Assembly: GCA_965662235.1 (NCBI GenBank)
Contig: CBFIGY010000002.1
Span: 96,001 to 160,000, forward strand
DNA length: 64,000 nucleotides
Source: an uncultured bacterium
GTDB lineage: Bacteria; SAR324; NAC60-12
Direction: 5' to 3'
Both the position numbers and the translations under genes were made by a program. Position 1 is the first letter of the stretch. The number at the start of each line of letters is the position of its first letter. The notes below the pieces were generated by a model. That model did no database searches. It was given only the letters and a program-made list of their open reading frames with translations, and was not told the origin of the DNA. Positions 50,363 through 59,657 of this stretch are shown here, one piece after another.

Positions 50363-51817
50363 TTATCCCAACAAGCGCAGCACATTCTGCTGACTCTGGT
50401 TGGCCTGGGCCAGCATGGCCATGCTGGACTGAACCATGATCTGATTCCGGGTGAAGTCGGCCATTTCTTTGGCCATGTCGGCGTCACGGACAACGGACTC
50501 AGACCCCTGGACATTCTCGTGAGCAATCCGCAGGTAGTTGAGGTTGCTCTCAAGCGTGTTCTTCTGGAAGGCCCCCATGTCTCCACGAGTGGAGGAGACC
50601 TCATCAATGGCACGGTCGATCACCTTGATCGCATCCTGGGCCTGAGCGGTCGAAAGGACCTTGATTTCATTCAAGGACCGGAAGCCGGAAGTGTTCAGCA
50701 CCGCGTTCCCCAGCTGCGAAGCCCGGACGGACTTCATGGAGACCGAAGTCATCTGATTGGCATTCCCCCCAATCTGGAAGTTCAGGGAGTTCTGGGAGAA
50801 GGTCAGGGTGCCGACGCGTCCGGTGGTTTCTCCGGTGTAGCGGACCTGGATACCTTCAATGCCGTTGGCGCCTGGGCCTCCGGTCAGAACCTGTCCCTTG
50901 CCTGTCGCAGCTTCTCCGTTGATCTCTCCGGCAATGTCGACTCCGTTGGCAATCTTATCCGAGACGTTGCCTTGCTGTGAGAGCACACCTGCGGTGGAGC
51001 TGGCCACCGTAAAGGTGTGTTCGCTGCCGTACTCACGATGACGCAAGCGGATCACCTGCGGGGCATTGTTGTCGGTGGTTGCAGGGTCCGGACGGAGCAG
51101 GTCAATGTTGAGGTTGGCGTCCTTGATGGCGGCCCCCAGTTCGTTCAAGGTCTGCTCCACCGAGCGTCCAGCTTCCGTTCGGAAGTTCAGCGCACGGCCA
51201 CCTTCCGTAATCGTGATCTGCTCTCCACGGTCAATCATGTCCTGAGTCAGGGCGACAGAGCCGGCATACTCGTTCCGCTGCGCTGCTTGAGTCACAGTGA
51301 TGGCGTAACCATTGGGTCCAGAAGACTGAGCCTTCTCTCCTCCTTTGATGAACTCCAGGTTGTCGCCCACCACAACCCCGTTGCCAGCCTTGCTGCCGTC
51401 GAGCAGGAAGTTCTTCCCGTACTGGGTGTTCTTGGCAATGCGGTTGATGGAGGAGAGGATGTTGTCGATTTCCTGCTGATCCGCCTGCATCATGGCCGGA
51501 TCGTTGGTGGCTTCGTTGGCCGCGTGCACCGCCAATTGGCGCGCATTGATGAGGGAGCGACTCACTTCATCTAGGGCAGCCTCAGCGGTTTGCATCAGCG
51601 ACACGCCCATCTCCGAGTTGTCGATGGCTTGGCGCAGTCCTGCTTCCTGAGCACGCAACTGCTCGGAAATCTGCAACTGAGCCGGAGCGTCGGCGCCACG
51701 GTTGATCTTCATCCCGGAAGACAACCGCTCAATGGACTTCTGCTGAGCCACACTGTTGTTGGTCAGTTGGCGGTGGGTGTTGGTGGCCGCCACATTGGTA
51801 TTAATCCGAAGAGACAT
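50363..51817 (-). CDS. Flagellin (copy 2, 484 aa)
   Basis: Flagellin N- and C-terminal domains; colinear with copies 1 and 3. Confidence 0.95.
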   Translation of the reverse strand: MSLRINTNVAATNTHRQLTNNSVAQQKSIERLSSGMKINRGADAPAQLQISEQLRAQEAGLRQAIDNSEMGVSLMQTAEAALDEVSRSLINARQLAVHAANEATNDPAMMQADQQEIDNILSSINRIAKNTQYGKNFLLDGSKAGNGVVVGDNLEFIKGGEKAQSSGPNGYAITVTQAAQRNEYAGSVALTQDMIDRGEQITITEGGRALNFRTEAGRSVEQTLNELGAAIKDANLNIDLLRPDPATTDNNAPQVIRLRHREYGSEHTFTVASSTAGVLSQQGNVSDKIANGVDIAGEINGEAATGKGQVLTGGPGANGIEGIQVRYTGETTGRVGTLTFSQNSLNFQIGGNANQMTSVSMKSVRASQLGNAVLNTSGFRSLNEIKVLSTAQAQDAIKVIDRAIDEVSSTRGDMGAFQKNTLESNLNYLRIAHENVQGSESVVRDADMAKEMADFTRNQIMVQSSMAMLAQANQSQQNVLRLLG

Positions 51818-51866
51818 CAGGACCTTTTTTCAAAAATAGTTCTTCAAAATAATGGGCTCGTCAGTT

Positions 51867-51922
51867 GCGTATCCATGTCGCTCATGACGATTGAGCACTT
51901 CTGTCCACTCCGCCTCCATGCG
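51867..51922 (-). promoter_or_regulatory. Two CsrA-type GGA hairpins in the leader of flagellin 2
   Basis: CGC-AUGGAG-GCG (51911-51922) and GCG-ACAUGGAUA-CGC (51867-51881). Confidence 0.6.
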
Positions 51923-51944
51923 TTGCTCCAGAAATGCAAACTGG

Positions 51945-51965
51945 TGGGACCTCTAGGAGGTCCCA
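51945..51965 (-). terminator. Stem-loop immediately 3' of flagellin 3
   Basis: TGGGACCTC-TAG-GAGGTCCCA; only a weak U-tract. Confidence 0.5.
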
Positions 51966-51973
51966 GTCTTTCC

Positions 51974-53428
51974 TTATCCAAGCAGGCGCAGTACGTTCTG
52001 CTGGCTCTGATTCGCCTGAGCAAGCATCGCCATGCTGGACTGAACCATGATCTGGTTCCGGGTAAAGTCGGCCATTTCTTTGGCCATATCCGCGTCTCGG
52101 ACAACCGATTCGGAGCCCTGGACGTTCTCATGCGCAATCCGCAGGAAGTTCAGGTTGCTCTCCAGGGTGTTCTTTTGGAACGCCCCCATCTCGCCTCGGG
52201 TCGAGGACACTTCATCAATGGCTCGGTCGATCACTTTGATCGCATCCTGAGCCTGAGCCGTGGTCAGCACCTGAATTTCATTCAAGGAGCGGAACCCGGA
52301 TTCGTTCTGAACCGCATTTCCCAGCTGTGACGCGCGAACGGACTTCATGGAGACCGAAGTCATCTGGTTCGCGTTCCCTCCAATCTGGAAGTTCAGAGAG
52401 TTCTGAGAGAAGGTCAGAGTCCCAACCTTCCCAGTGGTTTCACCGGTGTAGCGGATCTTGATGCCCTCAATGCCGTTGGCACCGGGGCCGCCAGTCAACA
52501 CCTGTCCTTTGCCGGTCGCGGCCTCGCCGTTGATTTCACCGGCGATGTCCACCCCATTGGCAATCTTGTCAGACACGTCGCCCTGCTGTGAGAGCACGCC
52601 CGCGGTGGAGCTGGCCACCGTGAAGGTGTGCTCGCTGCCGTACTCCTTGTGACGGAGGCGGATCTGTTGCGGGGCATTGTTGTCCGTCGACGCAGGATCG
52701 GGTCGGATCAGGTCGATGTTCAGATTCGCGTCTTTAATGGCAGCGCCCAGCTCATTCAGCGTCTGCTCAACCGAGCGCCCGGCTTCGGTCCGGAAGTTCA
52801 GCGCGCGGCCACCTTCCGTAATGGTGATTTGCTCACCGCGGTCAATGATCTCTTGCGTCAGCGCAACCGAACCCACGTGCTCGTTGCGTTGCGCGGCTTG
52901 TGTGACCGTGATGCCATAACCGTTCGGGCCGGAAGATTGGGCTTTTTCACCTCCTTGTATGAATTCGAGATTGTCTCCAATGACCACTCCATTGCCCGCC
53001 TTGCTGCCATCCAGCAGGAAGTTCTTCCCGTACTGGGTGTTCTTGGCAATGCGGTTGATGGAGGAGAGAATGTTGTTGATTTCTTGCTGATCGGCTTGCT
53101 GCATCGCCGGATCATTGGTCGCCTCGTTGGCCGCATGAACGGCCAGCTGGCGGGCATTGATCAGCGAGCGGCTCACTTCGTCCAGCGCGGCTTCTGCTGT
53201 CTGCATCAGTGACACACCCATCTCCGAGTTGTCGATGGCCTGTCGCAGTCCCGCCTCCTGAGCCCGCAACTGCTCCGAAATCTGCAGCTGGGCCGGAGCA
53301 TCGGCGCCCCGATTGATCTTCATCCCGGAAGACAATCGCTCAATGGACTTCTGCTGAGCCACACTGTTGTTGGTCAGCTGGCGATGCGTGTTGGTGGCGG
53401 TGACATTGGTATTGATGCGAAGAGACAT
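51974..53428 (-). CDS. Flagellin (copy 3, 484 aa)
   Basis: Flagellin N- and C-terminal domains. Confidence 0.95.
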   Translation of the reverse strand: MSLRINTNVTATNTHRQLTNNSVAQQKSIERLSSGMKINRGADAPAQLQISEQLRAQEAGLRQAIDNSEMGVSLMQTAEAALDEVSRSLINARQLAVHAANEATNDPAMQQADQQEINNILSSINRIAKNTQYGKNFLLDGSKAGNGVVIGDNLEFIQGGEKAQSSGPNGYGITVTQAAQRNEHVGSVALTQEIIDRGEQITITEGGRALNFRTEAGRSVEQTLNELGAAIKDANLNIDLIRPDPASTDNNAPQQIRLRHKEYGSEHTFTVASSTAGVLSQQGDVSDKIANGVDIAGEINGEAATGKGQVLTGGPGANGIEGIKIRYTGETTGKVGTLTFSQNSLNFQIGGNANQMTSVSMKSVRASQLGNAVQNESGFRSLNEIQVLTTAQAQDAIKVIDRAIDEVSSTRGEMGAFQKNTLESNLNFLRIAHENVQGSESVVRDADMAKEMADFTRNQIMVQSSMAMLAQANQSQQNVLRLLG

Positions 53429-53824
53429 GAAGGCTCCTAACTCAAGATAGTGTGGTAAACAGACCCCACAACCTGAAGCATCCTGCCTCTAAATTGTGTC
53501 GAAGGAACATCCTTCTAAAGTCCCCAACTGAAGCGGTTCAAATCCATGGTCCCGCGTCACATCAATCAGTTAGGGCGAAAGATCGTCCACTACAGGTGAT
53601 TTCCGAAAAAATTGATTTTCTGGACCAATGAAACGGATTTCATCCTGACTCAGGCTTCGTTCACATCAATGTGTTCCCTGACAGCTCAAACTCCGTTGAG
53701 CTGACCTGAAAGCCGCTGACAGGGTTTCGAAGAAACACGTCCAGGGGCTCTCAGGAGTGGGAAGTCGATTTTCAAAAATCTTGGATTCGCGATCCGGCTT
53801 CTCTGTTGTGAAAAGCATGGCACA

Positions 53825-53897
53825 CGTTCCCGGGAGGCCTCTCTTGCGAAAAACCTCCCGGGAACGGCCGTGAAGGAAATCACGTTCCCCTCACGGC
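53825..53897. repeat. Double inverted repeat 3' of flagellin 4
   Basis: CGTTCCCGGGAGG (53825) / CCTCCCGGGAACG (53854), then GCCGTGA...TCACGGC. Confidence 0.7.
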
Positions 53898-53935
53898 GTC
53901 CGGTCTCTCCGAGGCGTTGGCCCCGGAGCAGTGAA

Positions 53936-55390
53936 TTAGCCGAGCAGGCGGAGCACGCTCTGCTGCTTCTGGTTGGCCTGGGCCAGCATCGCCATGCTGG
54001 ACTCCACCATGATCTGGTTGCGGGTGAAGGCCGTCATCTCAGCCGCCATGTCCGCGTCCCGGATCACCGACTCGGAGCTCTGGACGTTCTCATGGGCAAT
54101 CCGCAAGTAGTTCAGGTTGCTCTCCAGGTTGTTCTTCTGGAACGCACCCATCTCACCGCGGGAGGAAGCGACTTCCTCAATGGCCCGGTCGATCACCCGG
54201 ATCGCATCCTGTGCTTCAGCAGAGCTGAGCAGTTTGACGTCGTTCAGGGAGGCGAATCCGGACTCGTTGCGCACACCGGTTCCCAGCTGAGAGGCACGGA
54301 TGGACTTCATGGAGACCGAAGTCGTCTGGTTCGCGTTACCACCGATCTGGAAGTTCAGCGAGTTCTGAGCAAACGTCAGGGTGCCTGCACGTCCAACCTG
54401 ATCGCCGGTGTAGCGGATCTTGATGCCTTCGATGCCATTGGCTCCCGGACCTCCGGTGAGCACCTGACCACGACCCGTCGCGGCCTCTCCGTTGATCTCA
54501 CCAGCCACGTCCACACCGTTGGCAATGGTGTCCGAAACGTCTCCTTGCTGCGACAGCAGGCCAGCGGTCGAGCTGGCCACCGTGAAGGTGTGCTCGCTGC
54601 CGTATTCCTTGTGGCGCAAGCGGATCTGCTGAGGCGCGTTGTTGTCCGTGGTTGCCGGATCCGGACGGAGCAGGTCCAGGTTCAGGTTGGCTTCCTTGAT
54701 GGCCGCACCGAGTTCGTTCAGGGTTTGCTCCACCGAGCGTCCGGCCTTGGTGACAAAGTTCAGGGTTCGGCCACCTTCCGTGATCGTGATCTGCTCTCCA
54801 CGGTCAATCATGTCCTGAGTCAACGCCGCAGAGCCCGCGTATTCATTCCGCTTGGCCGCCGTGGTGATGTTGATGCTGTACCCGTTGGGTCCGGACGTCT
54901 TGGCCTTGGTGCCGCCCTCGAGGAACTCCAGGTTGTCGCCCACCACAACGCCGTTTCCGGACTTGCTGCCGTCGAGCAGGAAGTTTTTCCCGTACTGGGT
55001 GTTCTTCGAAATGCGGTTGACGGTGGCCAAGATGTTGTCAATTTCCTGCTGATCCGCTTGCAGCATGAAGGGATCGTTGGTGGCGTCGTTGGCAGCATGC
55101 ACGGCCAGCTGACGAGCATTGATGAGCGCGCGGCTCACTTCGTCCAGAGCGGCTTCTGCGGTTTGCATCAACGACACCCCCATTTCGGTGTTGTCAATGG
55201 CCTGACGCAGACCTGCCGTTTGGGCGCGTAACTGTTCTGAAATCTGCAACTGCGCCGGAGCGTCGGCTCCACGGTTAATGCGGTACCCGGAAGACAGTTT
55301 TTCCAGGGTGCGGTCCTGAGCCTTGGTGTTGTTGGTCAGGTTGCGGTGCGTGTTGATGGCTGCAGTGTTGGTGTTGATTCGCAGAGACAT
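53936..55390 (-). CDS. Flagellin (copy 4, 484 aa)
   Basis: Flagellin N- and C-terminal domains. Confidence 0.95.
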   Translation of the reverse strand: MSLRINTNTAAINTHRNLTNNTKAQDRTLEKLSSGYRINRGADAPAQLQISEQLRAQTAGLRQAIDNTEMGVSLMQTAEAALDEVSRALINARQLAVHAANDATNDPFMLQADQQEIDNILATVNRISKNTQYGKNFLLDGSKSGNGVVVGDNLEFLEGGTKAKTSGPNGYSINITTAAKRNEYAGSAALTQDMIDRGEQITITEGGRTLNFVTKAGRSVEQTLNELGAAIKEANLNLDLLRPDPATTDNNAPQQIRLRHKEYGSEHTFTVASSTAGLLSQQGDVSDTIANGVDVAGEINGEAATGRGQVLTGGPGANGIEGIKIRYTGDQVGRAGTLTFAQNSLNFQIGGNANQTTSVSMKSIRASQLGTGVRNESGFASLNDVKLLSSAEAQDAIRVIDRAIEEVASSRGEMGAFQKNNLESNLNYLRIAHENVQSSESVIRDADMAAEMTAFTRNQIMVESSMAMLAQANQKQQSVLRLLG

Positions 55391-55482
55391 AGATCCTCCT
55401 GATCGTCATGGTCCTCAAACCGTCTTGGTCTGAGTTCAGTTCTTCTTTGCAGAAGCGGTATCGAGCTTTCGTCTTCGCCTCA

Positions 55483-55550
55483 TCGCCTCCATGCGACTGG
55501 AACGGGCAACGACAAAACCCTATTTCGTAACAGCCAACCGTCATCCATGA
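55483..55550 (-). promoter_or_regulatory. CsrA-type GGA hairpins in the leader of flagellin 4
   Basis: UCGC-AUGGAG-GCGA (55483-55496); UCAUGGAUGA (55541-55550) inside a CCAACC/GGUUGG stem. Confidence 0.6.
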
Positions 55551-55660
55551 GGGTTGGAGCGAGAACAATCAACTGTTCTCTAAGTAGAAGACATAAGAGC
55601 CAGGCTCCGGTGTCGCTGAACTGCTTGCTCAAGCAGCTCAACGCCAACGTTCCGGGCGTA

Positions 55661-55680
55661 GGCGGCGCCGAAGCGCCGCC
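55661..55680 (-). terminator. GC-rich hairpin 3' of flagellin 5
   Basis: Minus strand GGCGGCGC-UUCG-GCGCCGCC; no U-tract. Confidence 0.5.
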
Positions 55681-55688
55681 AGGAGGAC

Positions 55689-57143
55689 TTAGCCGAGAAG
55701 CTTCAGAATGCTCTGCTGCTTCTGATTCGCCTGAGCGAGCATCGCCATGCTCGACTCAACCATGATCTGGTTCCGCGTGAAGGCGGCCATTTCAGCAGCC
55801 ATGTCTGCGTCCCGAATCACCGACTCGGAACTCTGAACGTTCTCATGAGCAATCCGGAGGTAGTTGAGGTTGCTCTCCAGGTTGTTCTTCTGGAAGGCGC
55901 CCATCTCTCCGCGGGTGGCAGAGACTTCCTCAATCGCCTTGTCGATGACCCGGATGGCGTCCTGTGCTCGGGAAGCATCCGTCACCTCAATTTCATTGAG
56001 GGAACGGAAGCCCGAGGCGTTGCTCACGGCGTTCCCCAGCTGTGAAGCCCGCATCGACTTCATGGAAACCGATGTGGTCTGGTTCGCGTTGCCACCGATC
56101 TGGAAGTTCAGCGAGTTCTGCGCAAACGTCAGGGTGCCCACGCGTCCGGTGGACTCACCGGTGTAGCGGATCTTGACGCCTTCAATGCCGTTGGCGCCTG
56201 GGCCTCCGGTCAGCACCTGCCCTTTGCCGATGGCGGCTTCACCGTTGATCTCGCCTGCCACATCAACGCCGTTGGCGATGGTGTCGGAAACGTTTGCCTG
56301 CTGAGACAGCACGCCCGCGGTGGAGCTAGCCACCGTGAAGGTGTGCTCGCTGCCGAACTCCTTATGGCGAAGCCGAAGGACCTGCGGTGCGTTGTTGTCC
56401 GTGGTCGCAGGATCAGGACGAATCAGGTCAATGTTGAGATTGGCGTCCTTGATGGCCGCACCCAACTCGTTCAGAGTCTGCTCCACCGAACGTCCGACTT
56501 GCGTCTGGAAGTTCAGGGTTCGGCCCCCTTCCGTGATCGTGATCTGCTCTCCACGGTCAATCATGTCCTGAGTCAGGGCCACCGATCCGGAGTGCGCGTT
56601 GCGCTGAGCTGCCTGAGTGATCTGAATGCCGTAACCGTTTGGACCAGAAGTTTTGGCCATGCTGCCGCCTTCGATGAACTCCAGGTTGTCGCCCACCACA
56701 ACGCCGTTGCCAGCCTTGCTGCCGTCGAGCAGGAAGTTCTTCCCGTACTGGGTGTTTTTCGCAATGCGGTTGACCGACGCGAGGATGTTGTCGATCTCTT
56801 GCTGGTCTGCCTGAAGCATGAACGGATCGTTCACCGCTTCGTTGGCCGCGTGCACGGCAATCTGTCGTGCCGAGACCAAGGAGCGGCTCACTTCGTCCAG
56901 TGCCGCTTCCGCTGTTTGCATTAATGAAACACCCATTTCCGAGTTATCGATGGCTTGTCGTAATCCTGCAACCTGGGCTCTCAGCTGCTCTGAAATCTGC
57001 AACTGCGCCGGTGCATCCGCTCCTCGATTGATGCGCAGGCCCGAAGACAAGCGCTCCAATGTCTTGTTCTGCACCTGGCTGTTGTTGACCAGGTTGCGGT
57101 GAGAGTTGATGGCTGCAGTGTTGGTGTTGATGCGAAGGGACAT
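55689..57143 (-). CDS. Flagellin (copy 5, 484 aa)
   Basis: Flagellin N- and C-terminal domains. Confidence 0.95.
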   Translation of the reverse strand: MSLRINTNTAAINSHRNLVNNSQVQNKTLERLSSGLRINRGADAPAQLQISEQLRAQVAGLRQAIDNSEMGVSLMQTAEAALDEVSRSLVSARQIAVHAANEAVNDPFMLQADQQEIDNILASVNRIAKNTQYGKNFLLDGSKAGNGVVVGDNLEFIEGGSMAKTSGPNGYGIQITQAAQRNAHSGSVALTQDMIDRGEQITITEGGRTLNFQTQVGRSVEQTLNELGAAIKDANLNIDLIRPDPATTDNNAPQVLRLRHKEFGSEHTFTVASSTAGVLSQQANVSDTIANGVDVAGEINGEAAIGKGQVLTGGPGANGIEGVKIRYTGESTGRVGTLTFAQNSLNFQIGGNANQTTSVSMKSMRASQLGNAVSNASGFRSLNEIEVTDASRAQDAIRVIDKAIEEVSATRGEMGAFQKNNLESNLNYLRIAHENVQSSESVIRDADMAAEMAAFTRNQIMVESSMAMLAQANQKQQSILKLLG

Positions 57144-57295
57144 GACGTTCTCCTGAGATTGCGTAAGTGGATCGTAAGTTTTCGAACAAGCCCTACAGAG
57201 CTATTCCAAAGCTTCTGTCCATCGGCAAAACCTCAACAGAGGTCATGACCGAGGAGATGGACGTTACCGGAGGCCTCATTGCCTTCGTATTTCCA

Positions 57296-57309
57296 CCGCC
57301 TCCATGCGG
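57296..57309 (-). promoter_or_regulatory. CsrA-type GGA hairpin upstream of flagellin 5
   Basis: CCGC-AUGGAG-GCGG. Confidence 0.55.
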
Positions 57310-57770
57310 CTCAGCGGCATTCGACATTCCCTGTCTCTCTCTTCATGAGAACCGCTGGCACCGTCTCCGGTCACAAACCGGAAACGATTCCTCCCTGAAA
57401 CGTCCTCTGTCTCAGGGTCTGGGCTGGACCTCCCAAACACGTACGTGGGTGCGGCCGAGCCAATTTAAACTGGGGAGCCTTATTCGCTCATCCTGGAAGT
57501 TTCCGTTTTCAGAAACTTCCAGCAAAAGCCATTTTTTCAGACAATCGCCGTACTGGGAACTGGATCCGACCAGCTCCCAGCCGCGTCGTTGTCAACGCCC
57601 TTGGCCGGGGCGTGGATGGGGCCTGCAAGCAGGCGCGCATCGTTTGCCCCTCCCGCGCTTGGCTGGCGAGGAGGAGCCAACATCATCCTGACGGCCTCCG
57701 TCTCCCGGAGGGCATCAGCATGATGCTGTGGGCTTGGGAACTCCCTAGCGGGAGCTCCCAACCGTTTGGC

Positions 57771-59231
57771 TTAAGCGGCGTTCAGGAGCTTCAGCACCGA
57801 AGTCGGTTGCTGATTGGCCTGAGCGAGCATGGCGGTGGATGATTCCACCATGATCTGATTGCGAGTGAAGTTCGTCATCTCTTCCGCCATATCCGCGTCT
57901 CGGATGATGGACTCAGAGTTGGAGATTTCTTCATGCGCATGCCGCAAGTAGTTGAGGTTGCTTTCCAAAGTGTTCTTTTGGAAGGCGCCTAACCGCCCAC
58001 GGAAGGCGGTTACCTCTTCAATGGCCCGATCGATGACGCGCATCGCATCCTGTGCCTTCTGATGAGAGCGCAGGTCGATTTCATTCAGAGAGGAGAACCC
58101 CGATTTATTCTCCACTCCGTTGCCTAATCGTCGGGCATGCACACTCTGCAGAGACACCCGTGTGGTCTGATTGGTGTTGGGACCAATCTGGAAGTCCTGC
58201 GAGCGCTGCGACACCGTGACGGTGCCAGCGAACTGATCCGGCGGAGCCTCTTCCCCGGTGTACCGGATCTTCAACCCGGACACCTTGGTTGGCGTGGATC
58301 CGGTCAGGATCTGCCCTTCCCCGAGGGCCACTTCGCCCCCGATGGTGCCTTTGACGTCTGCGCCATTTTGAATCTGGTCGTAGACATCCGACTGGTTGGA
58401 AAGCAGCCCGGCGGTGGAAGAAGCCACCTCAAACGAGGTACTGCTTCCGTAGCGCTTGTGACGCAACCGAATGAACTGGGGTGCATTCGGGTCGTCTCCC
58501 ATGGGACGCTCCCGAACCAGTTCCAGCTCCAGGCCGGAGTCGCGGATCGCTTTCCCCAGCTTGTTCATCGTCATTTCCACGGAGTCGCCTGCCGTGGTTT
58601 CAAACGCGAGGGTCTTGCCTCCTTCTGCAATGCGGAGCTGTTCCCCTGAGTTGATGATGTCCTGTGTCAAAGCGACCGAACCCGTCAACTCGTTGCGCTT
58701 GGCGGCCTCAAGAATCTTGACCTCATACCCCCCGACCGGAGAAGTCTGAGTCATCTCAGTGCCGTTGATGAACTCTAGGTTCTCTCCAACCGTGACCCCG
58801 TTGGCCCCCATACTGCCGTCCAGAATCGACTTCTTTCCGTAGTTGGTGATCTTCGAGATCCGGTTGATCTGCTGAAGCGCGTTATCAATCTCTTGCTGAT
58901 CCGCTTCCAGCATGAACTCGTCATTGACCGCTTCGTTGGCCGCGTGAACCGCCAACTGCCTCATGTCGATGAGGGCACGGTTGACCTCTTCTAGGGCTCC
59001 CTCAGCCGTTTGGACCAGGGAAATCCCTGCCTCCGAGTTGTCGATGGCTTGCTTGATGCCCTCGCGCTGAGCCCGGAGACGCTCTGAAATAATTAACTGA
59101 GAAGGACCATCCGCAGCGCGGTTGATCTTGAGTCCGGAAGACAGGCGTTCAAGTGTCTTATTCTGTGCTTCCGTATTGCGCACCACCGATCGGTGCGCAT
59201 TCAATGCTGTAATGTTGTGGTTGATGCGCAT
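57771..59231 (-). CDS. Flagellin (copy 6, more divergent, 486 aa)
   Basis: 'MRINHN...ERLSSGLKINRAAD', 'SESIIRDADMAEEM...MLAQANQ'. Confidence 0.94.
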   Translation of the reverse strand: MRINHNITALNAHRSVVRNTEAQNKTLERLSSGLKINRAADGPSQLIISERLRAQREGIKQAIDNSEAGISLVQTAEGALEEVNRALIDMRQLAVHAANEAVNDEFMLEADQQEIDNALQQINRISKITNYGKKSILDGSMGANGVTVGENLEFINGTEMTQTSPVGGYEVKILEAAKRNELTGSVALTQDIINSGEQLRIAEGGKTLAFETTAGDSVEMTMNKLGKAIRDSGLELELVRERPMGDDPNAPQFIRLRHKRYGSSTSFEVASSTAGLLSNQSDVYDQIQNGADVKGTIGGEVALGEGQILTGSTPTKVSGLKIRYTGEEAPPDQFAGTVTVSQRSQDFQIGPNTNQTTRVSLQSVHARRLGNGVENKSGFSSLNEIDLRSHQKAQDAMRVIDRAIEEVTAFRGRLGAFQKNTLESNLNYLRHAHEEISNSESIIRDADMAEEMTNFTRNQIMVESSTAMLAQANQQPTSVLKLLNAA

Positions 59232-59281
59232 CGCACCCTCCTGACCTTAGATTGTTGACAAACGACGATTTCTTTAACATT

Positions 59282-59301
59282 CTCAACTCATCCATGTTGA
59301 G
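59282..59301 (-). promoter_or_regulatory. CsrA-type GGA hairpin in the leader of flagellin 6
   Basis: CUCAAC-AUGGAUGA-GUUGAG. Confidence 0.6.
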
Positions 59302-59657
59302 TGATGTCCCGCAGACTCGGTTTGAGGCCTTTAGAAGCAGTTGCCACACTGCTCCCTGGTCCTCTGAGCCTTTGGAACTCAGTAAAGACGGCTTCGGCCA
59401 AGAAGCCCTCTTGGTATCGGGAAAAATATATTTTACAGACAAACTGGTTTCAGAACTCCGCATGCCTTGCAGAGGCTTAAACCGGTCTGTTCCATGGCTC
59501 TCAGCATGCAGGCGTCCGGTGACATCTGCCTGAGATTCATGACGCCGGATCCTGATCACGGAGCCGTCCAACACGTCTCCGGAACCAGTGTTCCGTCTGC
59601 CACAGGGAGGCACTTGCGTCCCTGTCGCCGAATGGACCCCACAGGGGGCACCACTTG

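Noticed and set aside
57217..57262. c-di-GMP-I riboswitch (GGCAAAACC... hairpin)
   Set aside because: It lies on the strand opposite the flagellin and lacks the GNRA loop and the GACGCAAA junction.
59411..59436. Sigma-28 promoter (TAAA...CCGATAC on the minus strand)
   Set aside because: The spacer is about 10 nt rather than the canonical 15. No convincing sigma-28 or sigma-54 promoter was found for the other flagellins either.
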